Positions 16,675 through 25,118 of a DNA stretch of 27,841 nt are shown here, one piece after another (the first letter of the stretch is position 1; each line of letters begins with the position of its first letter). The notes beneath the pieces were generated by a model. The model worked only from the letters and a program-made list of their open reading frames with translations, was not told where the DNA came from and searched no databases. This DNA is from Elusimicrobiota bacterium (GTDB lineage Bacteria; Elusimicrobiota; Elusimicrobia; UBA1565): NCBI GenBank assembly GCA_043819795.1, contig JBDREN010000040.1, forward strand, positions 1-27,841, read 5' to 3'. Made by a program: the position numbers and the translations under genes.

Positions 16675-17956
16675 ACCGCAAGGCCTCCACGGGGTCGAGC
16701 CTTGATGCCTGGTAGGCCGGGATGAGCGAGAATACGAAGCCGCAGCCGGCCGCGATCGCGAGCGTCGCGGCGTAGTGCCACCACTGGAGGCTTTCGATCT
16801 GCTTGGCGCCTTCCTCGCTGAGATAGTGGAGCCCCGAGAGCCCGATCGCGATGCCGGCGATCCCGCCGAGAAAGCCCAGCATGCTCGCCTCGGTGACGAA
16901 CTGGAAGAGGATGTCGCTGCGCGTCGCTCCGATCGAGCGGCGGATGCCGATCTCTCGGACCCGCGAGAAGATCGTGGCCAGCGTCACGTTCATGATGCCA
17001 ACGCCTCCGGCCAGGATCGCGACGATGCCGACCGAGAGAACCGCGATCGCGTGCTTGCGCATGCTGCTGAGCATGCGCTGGATCATCTCGCGGAAATCCT
17101 CGATCTCGTAGTCCTGCGCGCCGCGGTGGCGCACGCTTAGCAGGGTCTCGATGCGCCGCCGGCCCCGCGGGATCGTCTTCTCGTCGCCGGTGTCCACGAT
17201 GATCCTGTCGATCGCGTCGGGGGCCCCGCCGGCGCCCTCTCCGGAGGAGCCCAGGTAGCGCTGGACGCTCGTTATGGGGGCGTACACCGAGCCCCTGCCG
17301 CCGCGCATGAACCACCGCGGGTCCTTGTCCTTCGGTGGGTTCTTCAGCACTCCCACGACCGTGAATATCTCCTCGTTGAGGCGCACGGTCTTGCCGATCA
17401 TGTCCTTGTGCTTGGCGAAAGTGTCGAACGCGTCGTCCTTCCACCATCGGGCCCAGAACGGCTTCTCCCCGGCCCAGCCGCCGGGTTCGTCGAGGATGCA
17501 GACGCGCGCCGCGGTCTCCACGTCGTGGTCGGTGAAGAACCGGCCGCGCAGCGTGTAGACCCAGTTGCGCTTGCGCCATTCGGGCGTGATGCCGGTGACG
17601 CGCACGCCCTCCTCGAAGGACCCATGGCGGAACTGTATGTTCGCGCTGAATACCGGCGAGACCATGAACAGCCACGGAAGCGCTTCGCGGATCGTCTCGG
17701 CGTCCTGGAGCGTCAGGCCCTTGGAGAGGCGGTTGGACTCCTTGCCTTCCTGCTGCCACTTCTTTCCGATCTCCAAGCGTCCGGGCCCGGCGAGGGCGAA
17801 GGCCTTCTCCCGCTGCTCGTACATGCGGTGGACATGAGCGAACGTGTAGAGGATGGCCGCGACGCCGAAGGCGATGGACGAGAAGCTTAGGAACGAGCGC
17901 ATCTTGTGCGAGCAGATCTCCCAGAACCCCGTGCGCAGGGACTCGCCGATATTCAT
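16667..17956 (-). CDS. ABC transporter permease, MacB/FtsX family (429 aa)
   Basis: HKMRSFLS...IAFGVAA TM1, periplasmic domain (GRFFTDHD, FTVVGVL), GGVGIMNV, RVREIGIRRSIGA, and the C-terminal ASRLDPVEALRYE. Confidence 0.92.
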   Translation of the reverse strand: MNIGESLRTGFWEICSHKMRSFLSFSSIAFGVAAILYTFAHVHRMYEQREKAFALAGPGRLEIGKKWQQEGKESNRLSKGLTLQDAETIREALPWLFMVSPVFSANIQFRHGSFEEGVRVTGITPEWRKRNWVYTLRGRFFTDHDVETAARVCILDEPGGWAGEKPFWARWWKDDAFDTFAKHKDMIGKTVRLNEEIFTVVGVLKNPPKDKDPRWFMRGGRGSVYAPITSVQRYLGSSGEGAGGAPDAIDRIIVDTGDEKTIPRGRRRIETLLSVRHRGAQDYEIEDFREMIQRMLSSMRKHAIAVLSVGIVAILAGGVGIMNVTLATIFSRVREIGIRRSIGATRSDILFQFVTEASMLGFLGGIAGIAIGLSGLHYLSEEGAKQIESLQWWHYAATLAIAAGCGFVFSLIPAYQASRLDPVEALRYE

Positions 17957-17993
17957 CGGCCCACCGCTCGCTGAACCCTCCGAAGCGGAGACT

Positions 17994-18683
17994 TCATAGG
18001 TCGTTTTCTCCGTTGCGCTCTTCTTTGACCAGCTTTCCATCCATGATGTGCAGCACGCGTTCGGCCCGGTCGGCGATCCCGCGGTCGTGCGTCACCACCA
18101 GGACCGTCATCCCCTCCGCGTGCAGCTCGCCGAAGAGGTCCAGGATCTCGCCGGACGTCTGCGAGTCCAGGTTGCCGGTCGGCTCGTCGGCCAGCAGCAG
18201 CCGGGGCCGGTTGGCCAGTGCCCGCGCGATTCCGACGCGCTGACGCTCGCCGCCCGAGAGCTCGATAGGCGTCTGGGCGGCCCGGGCCGCGAGCCCGACC
18301 CTATCGAGGAGCATCCGGCCCCGCTCGAGGCGTTCGGCCATCCCCATCCCGGCGTAGCTCATCGGCAGGCAGACATTCTGGAGGGCCGTCAGCCGCGGCA
18401 GGAGGTTGAAGGCCTGGAAGACGAAGCCCAGCTTGGTCCGCCTGATCATGGTCCTTTGGGAGTCGCCGAGTCCGTCGACCCTCAGCGCGCCGAGCCGGTA
18501 GGTCCCCGAGGTGGGGGGGTCCATGAGCCCGAGGATGTTGAGGAGCGTGGACTTGCCGCAGCCGGAGGGCCCCATGACCGCGGCGAATTCCCCCTTTCGC
18601 AGTCGGAAGGAGACTCCGCGCAGCGCCCGGAAGCGGCGGCCGCCCTCCCCGTACACCTTGACGAGGCTCGAGACCTCGATCAC
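17994..18683 (-). CDS. ABC transporter ATP-binding protein, MacB/LolD family (229 aa)
   Basis: GTG 18683 overlaps the adaptor stop (GTGA). Walker A GPSGCGKS, GFVFQAFNLL, LSGGERQRV, LLLADEPTGNLD, VVTHD. Confidence 0.95.
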   Translation of the reverse strand: MIEVSSLVKVYGEGGRRFRALRGVSFRLRKGEFAAVMGPSGCGKSTLLNILGLMDPPTSGTYRLGALRVDGLGDSQRTMIRRTKLGFVFQAFNLLPRLTALQNVCLPMSYAGMGMAERLERGRMLLDRVGLAARAAQTPIELSGGERQRVGIARALANRPRLLLADEPTGNLDSQTSGEILDLFGELHAEGMTVLVVTHDRGIADRAERVLHIMDGKLVKEERNGENDL

Positions 18684-19672
18684 TTGGCGGCCGCCTCCTC
18701 GAAGGCCGCGGGCGGCAGGGCTGTGGACTCGACCGGCTTCTCGGTGTGGACCTTGTCGCCTTCCTTGATGCCGCGGGTGATCTCGACGTCGAGCTCCGTC
18801 CGGAGCCCGGTCTCCACGATGGCCTGCCTGGGCTTCGCGCCGGGAACGTCCAGGTAGACGATCGTCTTGCCCTTCTCCTCGAAAAGTCCCGACAGCGGCA
18901 TCTTCAGCACGTCCTCCCGCTTTTCGAGCAGGGCGTCGACGCGGGCCGTCATGCCGGTTCGCAGGCGTTTGTCTCCGTGGTTCAGCGTGACCTCGACGCG
19001 GAAGACCTTGCCGCCGACCGACTCCCGCTCGGCCTGGGGGGAGATCATCGTGACGTCCGCGGGGAACCTCGTGTCCGGGAGCGCGTCGATCTTCACCTCC
19101 ACCCGCATCTTCTCGCGGAGCTTCATGATGTCCATCTCGCTTATCTTCAGCCTGACGATGACGACGCGCATGTCGGCCACCGTCATAAGATAGGTCGGGT
19201 TCTGCGACTCGAAGAGCCCCGTCACGTAGTCGCCCACCTCGGCGAATCGCGCGTCGGGACGTCCGGCCTCGCCGGTCTTGATGTGGCGCAGGAGGAGGCC
19301 CCCGATCGGCGTCGTCACCGTCGAGGGAAGGTAGCGCTCGGCCCCGGTCTTCCCGGGCTGGACCACGGCGATCTCCTGGCCGGCCCTCACGATCTGCCCC
19401 TCGTGGACGAAGAGCTTGATGATGCGGCCGCTCACCTTCGAGGCGATGTCCACGGAATTCTTCGCGGCGACGTCTCCGATCTCGCGGAAGCGGACCTCCA
19501 GGTCCCCGCGCGTCACGGCCGCCAGGGTCTCTTCGGCCGGCGGCTCGGCGTCCTTCTGCTGCTTCCTCTTCTTGAGGTGCTCGATCCCGGGCCCCACGGC
19601 GCCGGCGACGAGCAGCAGGATCGCGGCCGTCTTCCAATGGTGCCTCTTCGAGATCAGCCACCTCAGCGCCAT
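18680..19672 (-). CDS. Periplasmic adaptor / membrane fusion protein (MacA-like) lacking the alpha-helical hairpin
   Basis: N-terminal transmembrane segment, lipoyl half IASKVSGRIIKLFVHEGQIVRAGQEIAVV, beta-barrel motifs ISEMDI, DALPD and LRTGMTA, and VETGL...VEITRGIKEGD. Confidence 0.88.
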   Translation of the reverse strand: MALRWLISKRHHWKTAAILLLVAGAVGPGIEHLKKRKQQKDAEPPAEETLAAVTRGDLEVRFREIGDVAAKNSVDIASKVSGRIIKLFVHEGQIVRAGQEIAVVQPGKTGAERYLPSTVTTPIGGLLLRHIKTGEAGRPDARFAEVGDYVTGLFESQNPTYLMTVADMRVVIVRLKISEMDIMKLREKMRVEVKIDALPDTRFPADVTMISPQAERESVGGKVFRVEVTLNHGDKRLRTGMTARVDALLEKREDVLKMPLSGLFEEKGKTIVYLDVPGAKPRQAIVETGLRTELDVEITRGIKEGDKVHTEKPVESTALPPAAFEEAAAK

Positions 19673-21018
19673 ATGGGCTCTCCTATCGCGACCAGGTATC
19701 GCGCATAGTTAAGGTTGGTGTCGTGGAACGCCTGCACGCGCTCCACTTGGGCGTTCACGTGGTCGCTCTGCGCCTCGGAGAGGCGGATGACGTCCGCGCT
19801 CCCCTGGCTGTACTGCTCCTTGACGATCTCGAGGTTCTGGCGGGAGATATCCTCTTTGCGCATCGCTATCTCGTTGGTGCGCAGCGCGCGCAAGAGCTCG
19901 ATGTGCGCCCGGTAGGCCTCCTCGCGGATCTGGCGGCGCAGGGACTCGCGGGTCTGGCGGCTGGAGCGCCAATCGGCCCGGGCGGCCATGAGGTCCTGCG
20001 CCTGGGAGTAGACGTTGAAGGCTCCCGGCAGGGCGAGCTTCATCGTGACGTTGTAGACGGCGGCTTTCAGCCCCGAGTCCGCGGCGGTCCGGCCGTACGG
20101 GGCGTCGTATGGGTGGCTGAAGTCGAAGTCCAAAGAAAGGGTCGGTCCGATGTTGATCCGCGCAAGCCGGTACGATATATCGGCGTTCTCCAGCTCGAGG
20201 AGGTTCCTCCTTATTTCCGGCCGGTGCATGAGCGCGCCGCGGAGCCCCTCGTTGAGGCGCGGCGCCTCGGTCGTGCCCAGGGAGAGAGACTCGGGGAGCG
20301 CCACCGGGGTGTCCTCCTCGAGGCCGATGAGGACGTTGAAGCGGAAGAGCGCCAGACGCCTCTGGGCCTCGACCGTCTCCATGTTCAGCTCGCTCGATCG
20401 CCAGTCGGTCTCCGTCTTGAGCAGGTCCGAGAGGCTCTTCATGCCGTGCTCGTAGCGGTCGAGCGTCAGCTGATACTGCTCGTGCTGGACTTTGAGGTTC
20501 TGGCGCGCCACCTCCAGCAGCTTCTTCTGGAGCAGCAGCCCGTAATAGGCGCTGAGGGCGGTGAGCGCCTGGCTCTGGCGGCTGCTCTCGAGGTTCTGCT
20601 CGGCGACCTTCCTGCCCAATCGGTTCGAGCGCACGCCCAGCTTGTCCCGGTAGTTGTTGAACAGGTTCCAGGAGGCCCCCGGCGAGAGGGTGAGGTCGTT
20701 GGCCGGGATCTTCCAATCGTCGAACGTGAACCGGTCACCCGGGGCGAGCTTCGCGGGATTGAGGACGGCCGAGAAAGAGAGCGCCGGGAAGAACGACTTG
20801 GCGAAATCGGACCGTTCCTTGGCCTTGCTCGAGGCCATGGCCTCGAGCGTCTGCCGCACCTCGGGCGCGGCGTCGAGGACCGCGCGGACGTAGGACGCCG
20901 TGGACCAGGCTATGGGGCCGGCCTGAGCCGCCTCGTCCGGCGCCGAAGCCGTCGCGGCCCCGGCGGCGTTGGCACCTGCCGGGACCGAGAGCAGAAGCGA
21001 CAGGATCCAGAGCGGCAT
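19663..21018 (-). CDS. TolC-family outer membrane efflux protein
   Basis: Signal peptide and two OEP-like repeats (AYYGLL...RYEHGMKSLSDLL; EQYSQGSADVIRLSEAQ). Located in an operon with the adaptor and ABC genes. Confidence 0.88.
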   Translation of the reverse strand: MPLWILSLLLSVPAGANAAGAATASAPDEAAQAGPIAWSTASYVRAVLDAAPEVRQTLEAMASSKAKERSDFAKSFFPALSFSAVLNPAKLAPGDRFTFDDWKIPANDLTLSPGASWNLFNNYRDKLGVRSNRLGRKVAEQNLESSRQSQALTALSAYYGLLLQKKLLEVARQNLKVQHEQYQLTLDRYEHGMKSLSDLLKTETDWRSSELNMETVEAQRRLALFRFNVLIGLEEDTPVALPESLSLGTTEAPRLNEGLRGALMHRPEIRRNLLELENADISYRLARINIGPTLSLDFDFSHPYDAPYGRTAADSGLKAAVYNVTMKLALPGAFNVYSQAQDLMAARADWRSSRQTRESLRRQIREEAYRAHIELLRALRTNEIAMRKEDISRQNLEIVKEQYSQGSADVIRLSEAQSDHVNAQVERVQAFHDTNLNYARYLVAIGEPIWR

Positions 21019-21021
21019 TCG

Positions 21022-21369
21022 TCACTCCTGGACCAAGAGATTGACGATGACCTGGCGGACTCCTGGGACGCGGCGGACCACCGCGGCGATGGTCCGCTTC
21101 TCCTCGTGCGAACGCGCGATGCCGGAGAGAGTGACGACGCGCATGTGGGTGTTGATCTCCATGTACCGGAGGCTTATCTCCGGGCGGGCCTTCAGCTCGG
21201 CCTCGACCCGGGCGGTGATGCCCGGGTCGCTGAGATCCAAGCCGCTCATGCGGCTTTGACAACCGGCCAGCAGCCCCATCGCGGCGAACCCGGCGAGGAG
21301 GATGAACGCTCGGGCGCGCGCGCGGAATTCCGCTCCGGAGATCCGGTCAGAAAAGAACCCTTTACCCAT
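21022..21369 (-). CDS. BON-domain lipoprotein (~115 aa)
   Basis: Lipobox LLAGC. BON pattern SDPGITARVEAEL...INTHMRVVTLSG...VPGVRQVIVNL. Start placed at ATG 21369, downstream of the predicted promoter. Confidence 0.85.
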   Translation of the reverse strand: MGKGFFSDRISGAEFRARARAFILLAGFAAMGLLAGCQSRMSGLDLSDPGITARVEAELKARPEISLRYMEINTHMRVVTLSGIARSHEEKRTIAAVVRRVPGVRQVIVNLLVQE

Positions 21370-21377
21370 GGTCGTAC

Positions 21378-21426
21378 TTGTGCGAAGAGGCCGGACATTG
21401 TACAATTTTATCAGGATAAATCTCAA
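21378..21426. promoter_or_regulatory. Bidirectional sigma70 promoter built on the palindrome ATTGTACAAT
   Basis: Plus strand: TTGTGC (21378-21383), 17 nt, TACAAT (21401-21406). Minus strand: TTGAGA (21426-21421), 18 nt, TACAAT (21402-21397). It is an AT-rich island between divergent operons. Confidence 0.65.
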
Positions 21427-21437
21427 ATTTCCCCGAC

Positions 21438-22091
21438 ATGAAGATACTTCTCGCCACCGGCAACCGCCACAAGGTTTCGGAGATCACCGATATCCTCCGG
21501 AGCGCGTCGCCCGGACGCGGACACGGGGACGCGCGCGCGTCCGGCGGCGCGCCGGCCTGCTCCGACGCGGACATGGAGCTGGTGTCCCTGAAGGACTTTC
21601 CGCGATTGCCGGCCGTCGTGGAGGACGGCCAGACCCTCGAGGAGAACGCCGTAAAGAAGGCGGTGCTGCCGGCCATGGCGCTGGGCCTGTGGACGCTGGC
21701 CGACGATACGGGGCTCGAGGTCGACGCTCTCGGGGGCGCTCCGGGCGTCTTGTCGGCGCGCTTCGCGGGACCGGCTTGCGATTTCGACGCCAACTGCCGG
21801 AAGCTGCTCGCGCGGATGCGCGGCGTCGCCGCGCCCGAGAGGCGGGCGCTGTTCCGCTGCGTGGTCGCGCTGGCCTCGCCCGACGGGACGGTCCGGATCA
21901 AAGAGGGCCGGCTCGAGGGCGAGATCGTGGACGCTCCGGCGGGGACGAGCGGCTTCGGGTACGACCCCGTGTTCTTCGTCTCTGACCTGGGCAAGACGCT
22001 GGCGGAGCTGCCCTCCGAAGAGAAGAACCGCATCAGCCACCGGGCGCGCGCCCTCGATGCCATCCGTCCGCTTCTCAAGGAGCTGTGGTGA
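21438..22091 (+). CDS. rdgB: Non-canonical purine NTP pyrophosphatase (RdgB/HAM1 family)
   Basis: LATGNRHK, EDGQTLEENAVKKA, ADDTGLEVDALGGAPGVLSARF, GFGYDPVF, EKNRISHRARA. Confidence 0.96.
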   Translation: MKILLATGNRHKVSEITDILRSASPGRGHGDARASGGAPACSDADMELVSLKDFPRLPAVVEDGQTLEENAVKKAVLPAMALGLWTLADDTGLEVDALGGAPGVLSARFAGPACDFDANCRKLLARMRGVAAPERRALFRCVVALASPDGTVRIKEGRLEGEIVDAPAGTSGFGYDPVFFVSDLGKTLAELPSEEKNRISHRARALDAIRPLLKELW

Positions 22092-22711
22092 GGGCGACGA
22101 TCCATCTGGCGACGGTCCTGGTCCTGGTCCTGGCGGGCGCGGCTTCGGGCCTGGCGCGGGCGGGCTGTCCCTGCAAGGCGAATACTGCCCCGAAAACGGT
22201 CGATCCGGCCAAGACGTGCTTGGCGGGGGCCGTTGCGGCCGGAAGGACGGGCGAACCGCACGCCGAGCCCGAAGCGGCGGCTCCGGCCCGGCAAGAGCCC
22301 CCGGCCGCCCAATCCTCGCCGCAGGCCGTCCCGGCGCCTTCGCCTGTCCCTCCGCCGCCCCCGGCGGACGCGTCCCCTCTTTCACCCGCCGACAGGCGGG
22401 CCCTCGAGGATTCCCGGGTCGTCTTGGAGGAGGCCGTGGGGCGGGCGCCGGACAGCGTGGAGCTTTGGCAGCGCCTCGGGCTCGTTTACCAGGGGCTCGG
22501 GTCCGCGGAGGAGGCGCGGAGGGCTTTCGAGAAGGTCGTGGAGCTCAGGCCGGAGGACGCGGCCGGCTGGTACATGCTCGGCCTGGTCTATGAGAAGCTC
22601 TTCGACCCCGCGCGCGCGATCACGGCCTGGGAGAAATGCCTGCGCCGCTCCGTGGATCCCGAGATGGCCGCGCTGGCGAAGAAGCATCTGGAGTTCCTGA
22701 GGACGCGGTGA
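22088..22711 (+). CDS. Exported TPR protein with a Pro/Ala-rich linker
   Basis: GTGA overlap with rdgB, signal peptide, Pro/Ala-rich linker, and TPRs (LWQRLGLVYQGLG...FEKVVELRPED; WYMLGLVYEKL). Confidence 0.8.
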   Translation: MRATIHLATVLVLVLAGAASGLARAGCPCKANTAPKTVDPAKTCLAGAVAAGRTGEPHAEPEAAAPARQEPPAAQSSPQAVPAPSPVPPPPPADASPLSPADRRALEDSRVVLEEAVGRAPDSVELWQRLGLVYQGLGSAEEARRAFEKVVELRPEDAAGWYMLGLVYEKLFDPARAITAWEKCLRRSVDPEMAALAKKHLEFLRTR

Positions 22712-23340
22712 GACGCGCCGGTCCCATTCTCGCCGTGCCGGCGCTGCTCGCGGCGGCGTGCGCCGGTCCGGAGGTGGCCTTCAACCCGCGCTACGAGTTT
22801 TCCAGCCTCAAGCGCGTCGCGGTGGTCAGCTTCGAGGGGACCGGAGGCTCGGCCGCGGCCGACTACCTGGCCCACGCCCTGCTGGCGACGGGCGCGGAGG
22901 TCGTGGAGCGCAGCCGCATCGAGGCCGTTTTCTCGGAGCACCACCTCTCGACGCTCGGCGCCCTCGAGCCGGCGACCGTCAAGGAGGTCGGCAAGCTCCT
23001 CGCAGTCGACGCCCTGTTCATGGGATCGGTGACCCAGTACGCCCCGCCGCAGAGCTACCTGGTCGTGGAGGGCTCCTCGGCCTCCTTCGCGCAGGCGGTC
23101 GCGCCCGTCGGAGGACCCGGCAGCACGTTGTTCTCCCGCAGGCCGACGCCCGGGTTTCCCGGCACGAACATCGTCAGCTCGTCGGCCCGGGTGGGCCTGG
23201 CGGCGCGTCTCGTGGACGTCGAGACCGGGTCGGTGGTCTGGTCCGCCCACCAGAGCTACGAAGGTTTCGACATGGATTGCGCGCTGTCGGCGGTCGCGAC
23301 TTCCTTCGCCAGGTCCCTGGCCAGCCATTGGAGACGGTGA
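22708..23340 (+). CDS. Lipoprotein, CsgG/HfaB-like fold
   Basis: GTGA overlap, lipobox-like LLAAAC, KRVAVVSF, VVERSRIEAV, VGKLLAVDALFMGSV, ARLVDVETGSVVWS. Confidence 0.75.
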   Translation: MRRAGPILAVPALLAAACAGPEVAFNPRYEFSSLKRVAVVSFEGTGGSAAADYLAHALLATGAEVVERSRIEAVFSEHHLSTLGALEPATVKEVGKLLAVDALFMGSVTQYAPPQSYLVVEGSSASFAQAVAPVGGPGSTLFSRRPTPGFPGTNIVSSSARVGLAARLVDVETGSVVWSAHQSYEGFDMDCALSAVATSFARSLASHWRR

Positions 23341-25118
23341 CGCGGAACACGGGCGCGCCCAAGTCCCTCGCGCCGTTGGCGAGCGCCGCTTTGTGCGCGC
23401 TCCTGTTCGTTCTCGCCTCCTTCGTCCCGGCGCGCGCCGGGAAGACGGAGCCCCCCGCGGACCAGAGCACCTATTGGGACAGGATCATGGAGGCTCAGGC
23501 CGCGCGCGACCTCTACCTGGGCTCCAAGCTGCTGGAGCAGCGCCGCTACGCGGAGGCGGTCAAGCAGTTCGCGAAGGCGGCCATCAAGGCGCCGAACGAC
23601 CCGAAGGCGCACCAGATGCTCGGGGTCGCGTACTACTGGTCGGGGCGCGTGGACCAGGCCGAGACGGAGTTCCGCGAGAGCCTGCGGCTCGACGGGGACG
23701 ATGCTCAGACGCATCTCCTGATGGGGATCGTCCACGCCTGGAAGGGCGAGACGCGCGCTTCCTACGAGGCGTTCCTCAAGGCGGCGAGCCTCAATCCGGA
23801 GCGGGCCGACATCCAGATGAACCTCGGCTCGACCGAGGAGACGCTCGGGAAGTATCCCGAGGCGCTCGGCCACTTCCGCAGGGCGGTCAAGCTGGACCCG
23901 GAGCATCCGCTCTACCACTTCCAGCTCGGGATGCTCCACCGGCGTCTGGGGCGCGCCGAGGACGCGATCGCGTCGCTCAAGAAGGCGATCAAGCTCTTCT
24001 CCGGTTACCAGGACGCGATGCTGGAGCTCGGCGCCATCTACGAGAAGATCGGGAAGGTCGACGACGCTCTCGAGCTCTTCGAGCGCGCCGTGCGGCTGAA
24101 GCGGCGGGACGCTGTCGCCCGTTTCCGCATGGCCCGGGCCTGCGCGCTTCTCGGAAAGCCCGGAAGGGCGCGCGACGCGCTGCTCGGCGTATTCCACCTG
24201 ACCCCGGCCGACCGGGCCAGCGGGCTGGCCTTGTCGGTCTCCTACGGCGGGCGTTCCGGCGGCGAGGACCGCCGGTCCGGCTCGGCGGAGGGCGCCGAAG
24301 AGGAGCGGCCGGCCACCGAAGAGGCCGCCGGGCCGCTGGAGGTCCTCGCCCGCAACCTGGCCCGCATCCCCCTGGACCAGGAGGCCGTCCTCCAGGTGGA
24401 CATGGTGTTCCTGCCGCAGGCGAAGCTCGTGCGAAGCGGGACCGGGGAGACGCCCTCCGCTCTCAAGCGGGCTCTGGAGCAGGCGGGCAAGCGGCCCAAG
24501 CCCTCCACGCTGGGCGCGCAGCGCGAGTTCATCCTCCCGCCCGCGAGCGCGGCCGGGCGTCGCGCGGAGGTCCAAAAGATCGTCAAGGACCTGCGGAGCG
24601 TGCTCGATACCGCTCCCCCCGACGCCGAGACGCGCTTCGCGATGAACCTGAAGTTCTCCGAGCGCGCGGCGGGCCCCGGGGCTCCCGACGCGGGAAAGGA
24701 GCGGAAGGTCTCCTACCAGCCTCGTGACGTGGGCAACGATCTCGGACTGTGGGTCATGGGGACCGGCTGGATGGCTCTCGTCGAGGAGGTCCTCGAGGAG
24801 GACGGGCGCGCGGGCTCCGATGCGGCCCTGTGGCGGGTGATCGAGGGGATAGGGTTCTCGACGCTCGGCGAGGCGGCGCGGGCGTCCTCCGCGTTCGAGC
24901 GGGCGATCGAGATCGATCCCGACAGCGAGCTGGCGTACCTGGGGCTCGGGGTCGCCATGGTGATCCGCGGCGACGAGTCCGGCGCGGCGGAGGCGTACCG
25001 GCGCGCGCTCAGCATCAACCCCAAGAACAAGACCGCCGCCGAGGGTCTGAAATGGCTGCTGCGCGAGCCGGCGTCCGGGGCCGCGGACGCTCCGTCCGCC
25101 GAGGAGGCCGCTAAATGA
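23337..25118 (+). CDS. Exported multi-TPR protein (593 aa)
   Basis: GTGA overlap, signal peptide ending PARA, about 6-7 N-terminal TPRs, a non-TPR middle region, and about 2 C-terminal TPRs. Confidence 0.85.
   Translation: MTRNTGAPKSLAPLASAALCALLFVLASFVPARAGKTEPPADQSTYWDRIMEAQAARDLYLGSKLLEQRRYAEAVKQFAKAAIKAPNDPKAHQMLGVAYYWSGRVDQAETEFRESLRLDGDDAQTHLLMGIVHAWKGETRASYEAFLKAASLNPERADIQMNLGSTEETLGKYPEALGHFRRAVKLDPEHPLYHFQLGMLHRRLGRAEDAIASLKKAIKLFSGYQDAMLELGAIYEKIGKVDDALELFERAVRLKRRDAVARFRMARACALLGKPGRARDALLGVFHLTPADRASGLALSVSYGGRSGGEDRRSGSAEGAEEERPATEEAAGPLEVLARNLARIPLDQEAVLQVDMVFLPQAKLVRSGTGETPSALKRALEQAGKRPKPSTLGAQREFILPPASAAGRRAEVQKIVKDLRSVLDTAPPDAETRFAMNLKFSERAAGPGAPDAGKERKVSYQPRDVGNDLGLWVMGTGWMALVEEVLEEDGRAGSDAALWRVIEGIGFSTLGEAARASSAFERAIEIDPDSELAYLGLGVAMVIRGDESGAAEAYRRALSINPKNKTAAEGLKWLLREPASGAADAPSAEEAAK

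Noticed and set aside
16667..21018. TolC/ABC operon as a type I secretion system for the giant protein
   Set aside because: The giant protein has a Sec-type N-terminal signal and no RTX repeats in the visible part, and the ABC components are MacB-type rather than HlyB-type.
21514..21573. 10-bp direct repeat GACGCGGACA in the rdgB insert as a target-site duplication
   Set aside because: The spacing is 50 nt, not a multiple of 3, so it cannot simply explain an in-frame insertion; it may be chance in high-GC DNA.
12254..23336. Longer ORF-track starts for the ATP-grasp (12254), ABC ATPase (19661), lipoprotein (22636) and large TPR (22758) genes
   Set aside because: These extensions overlap neighbouring real genes. 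The chosen starts coincide with stop/start overlaps and with domain or signal-peptide beginnings.
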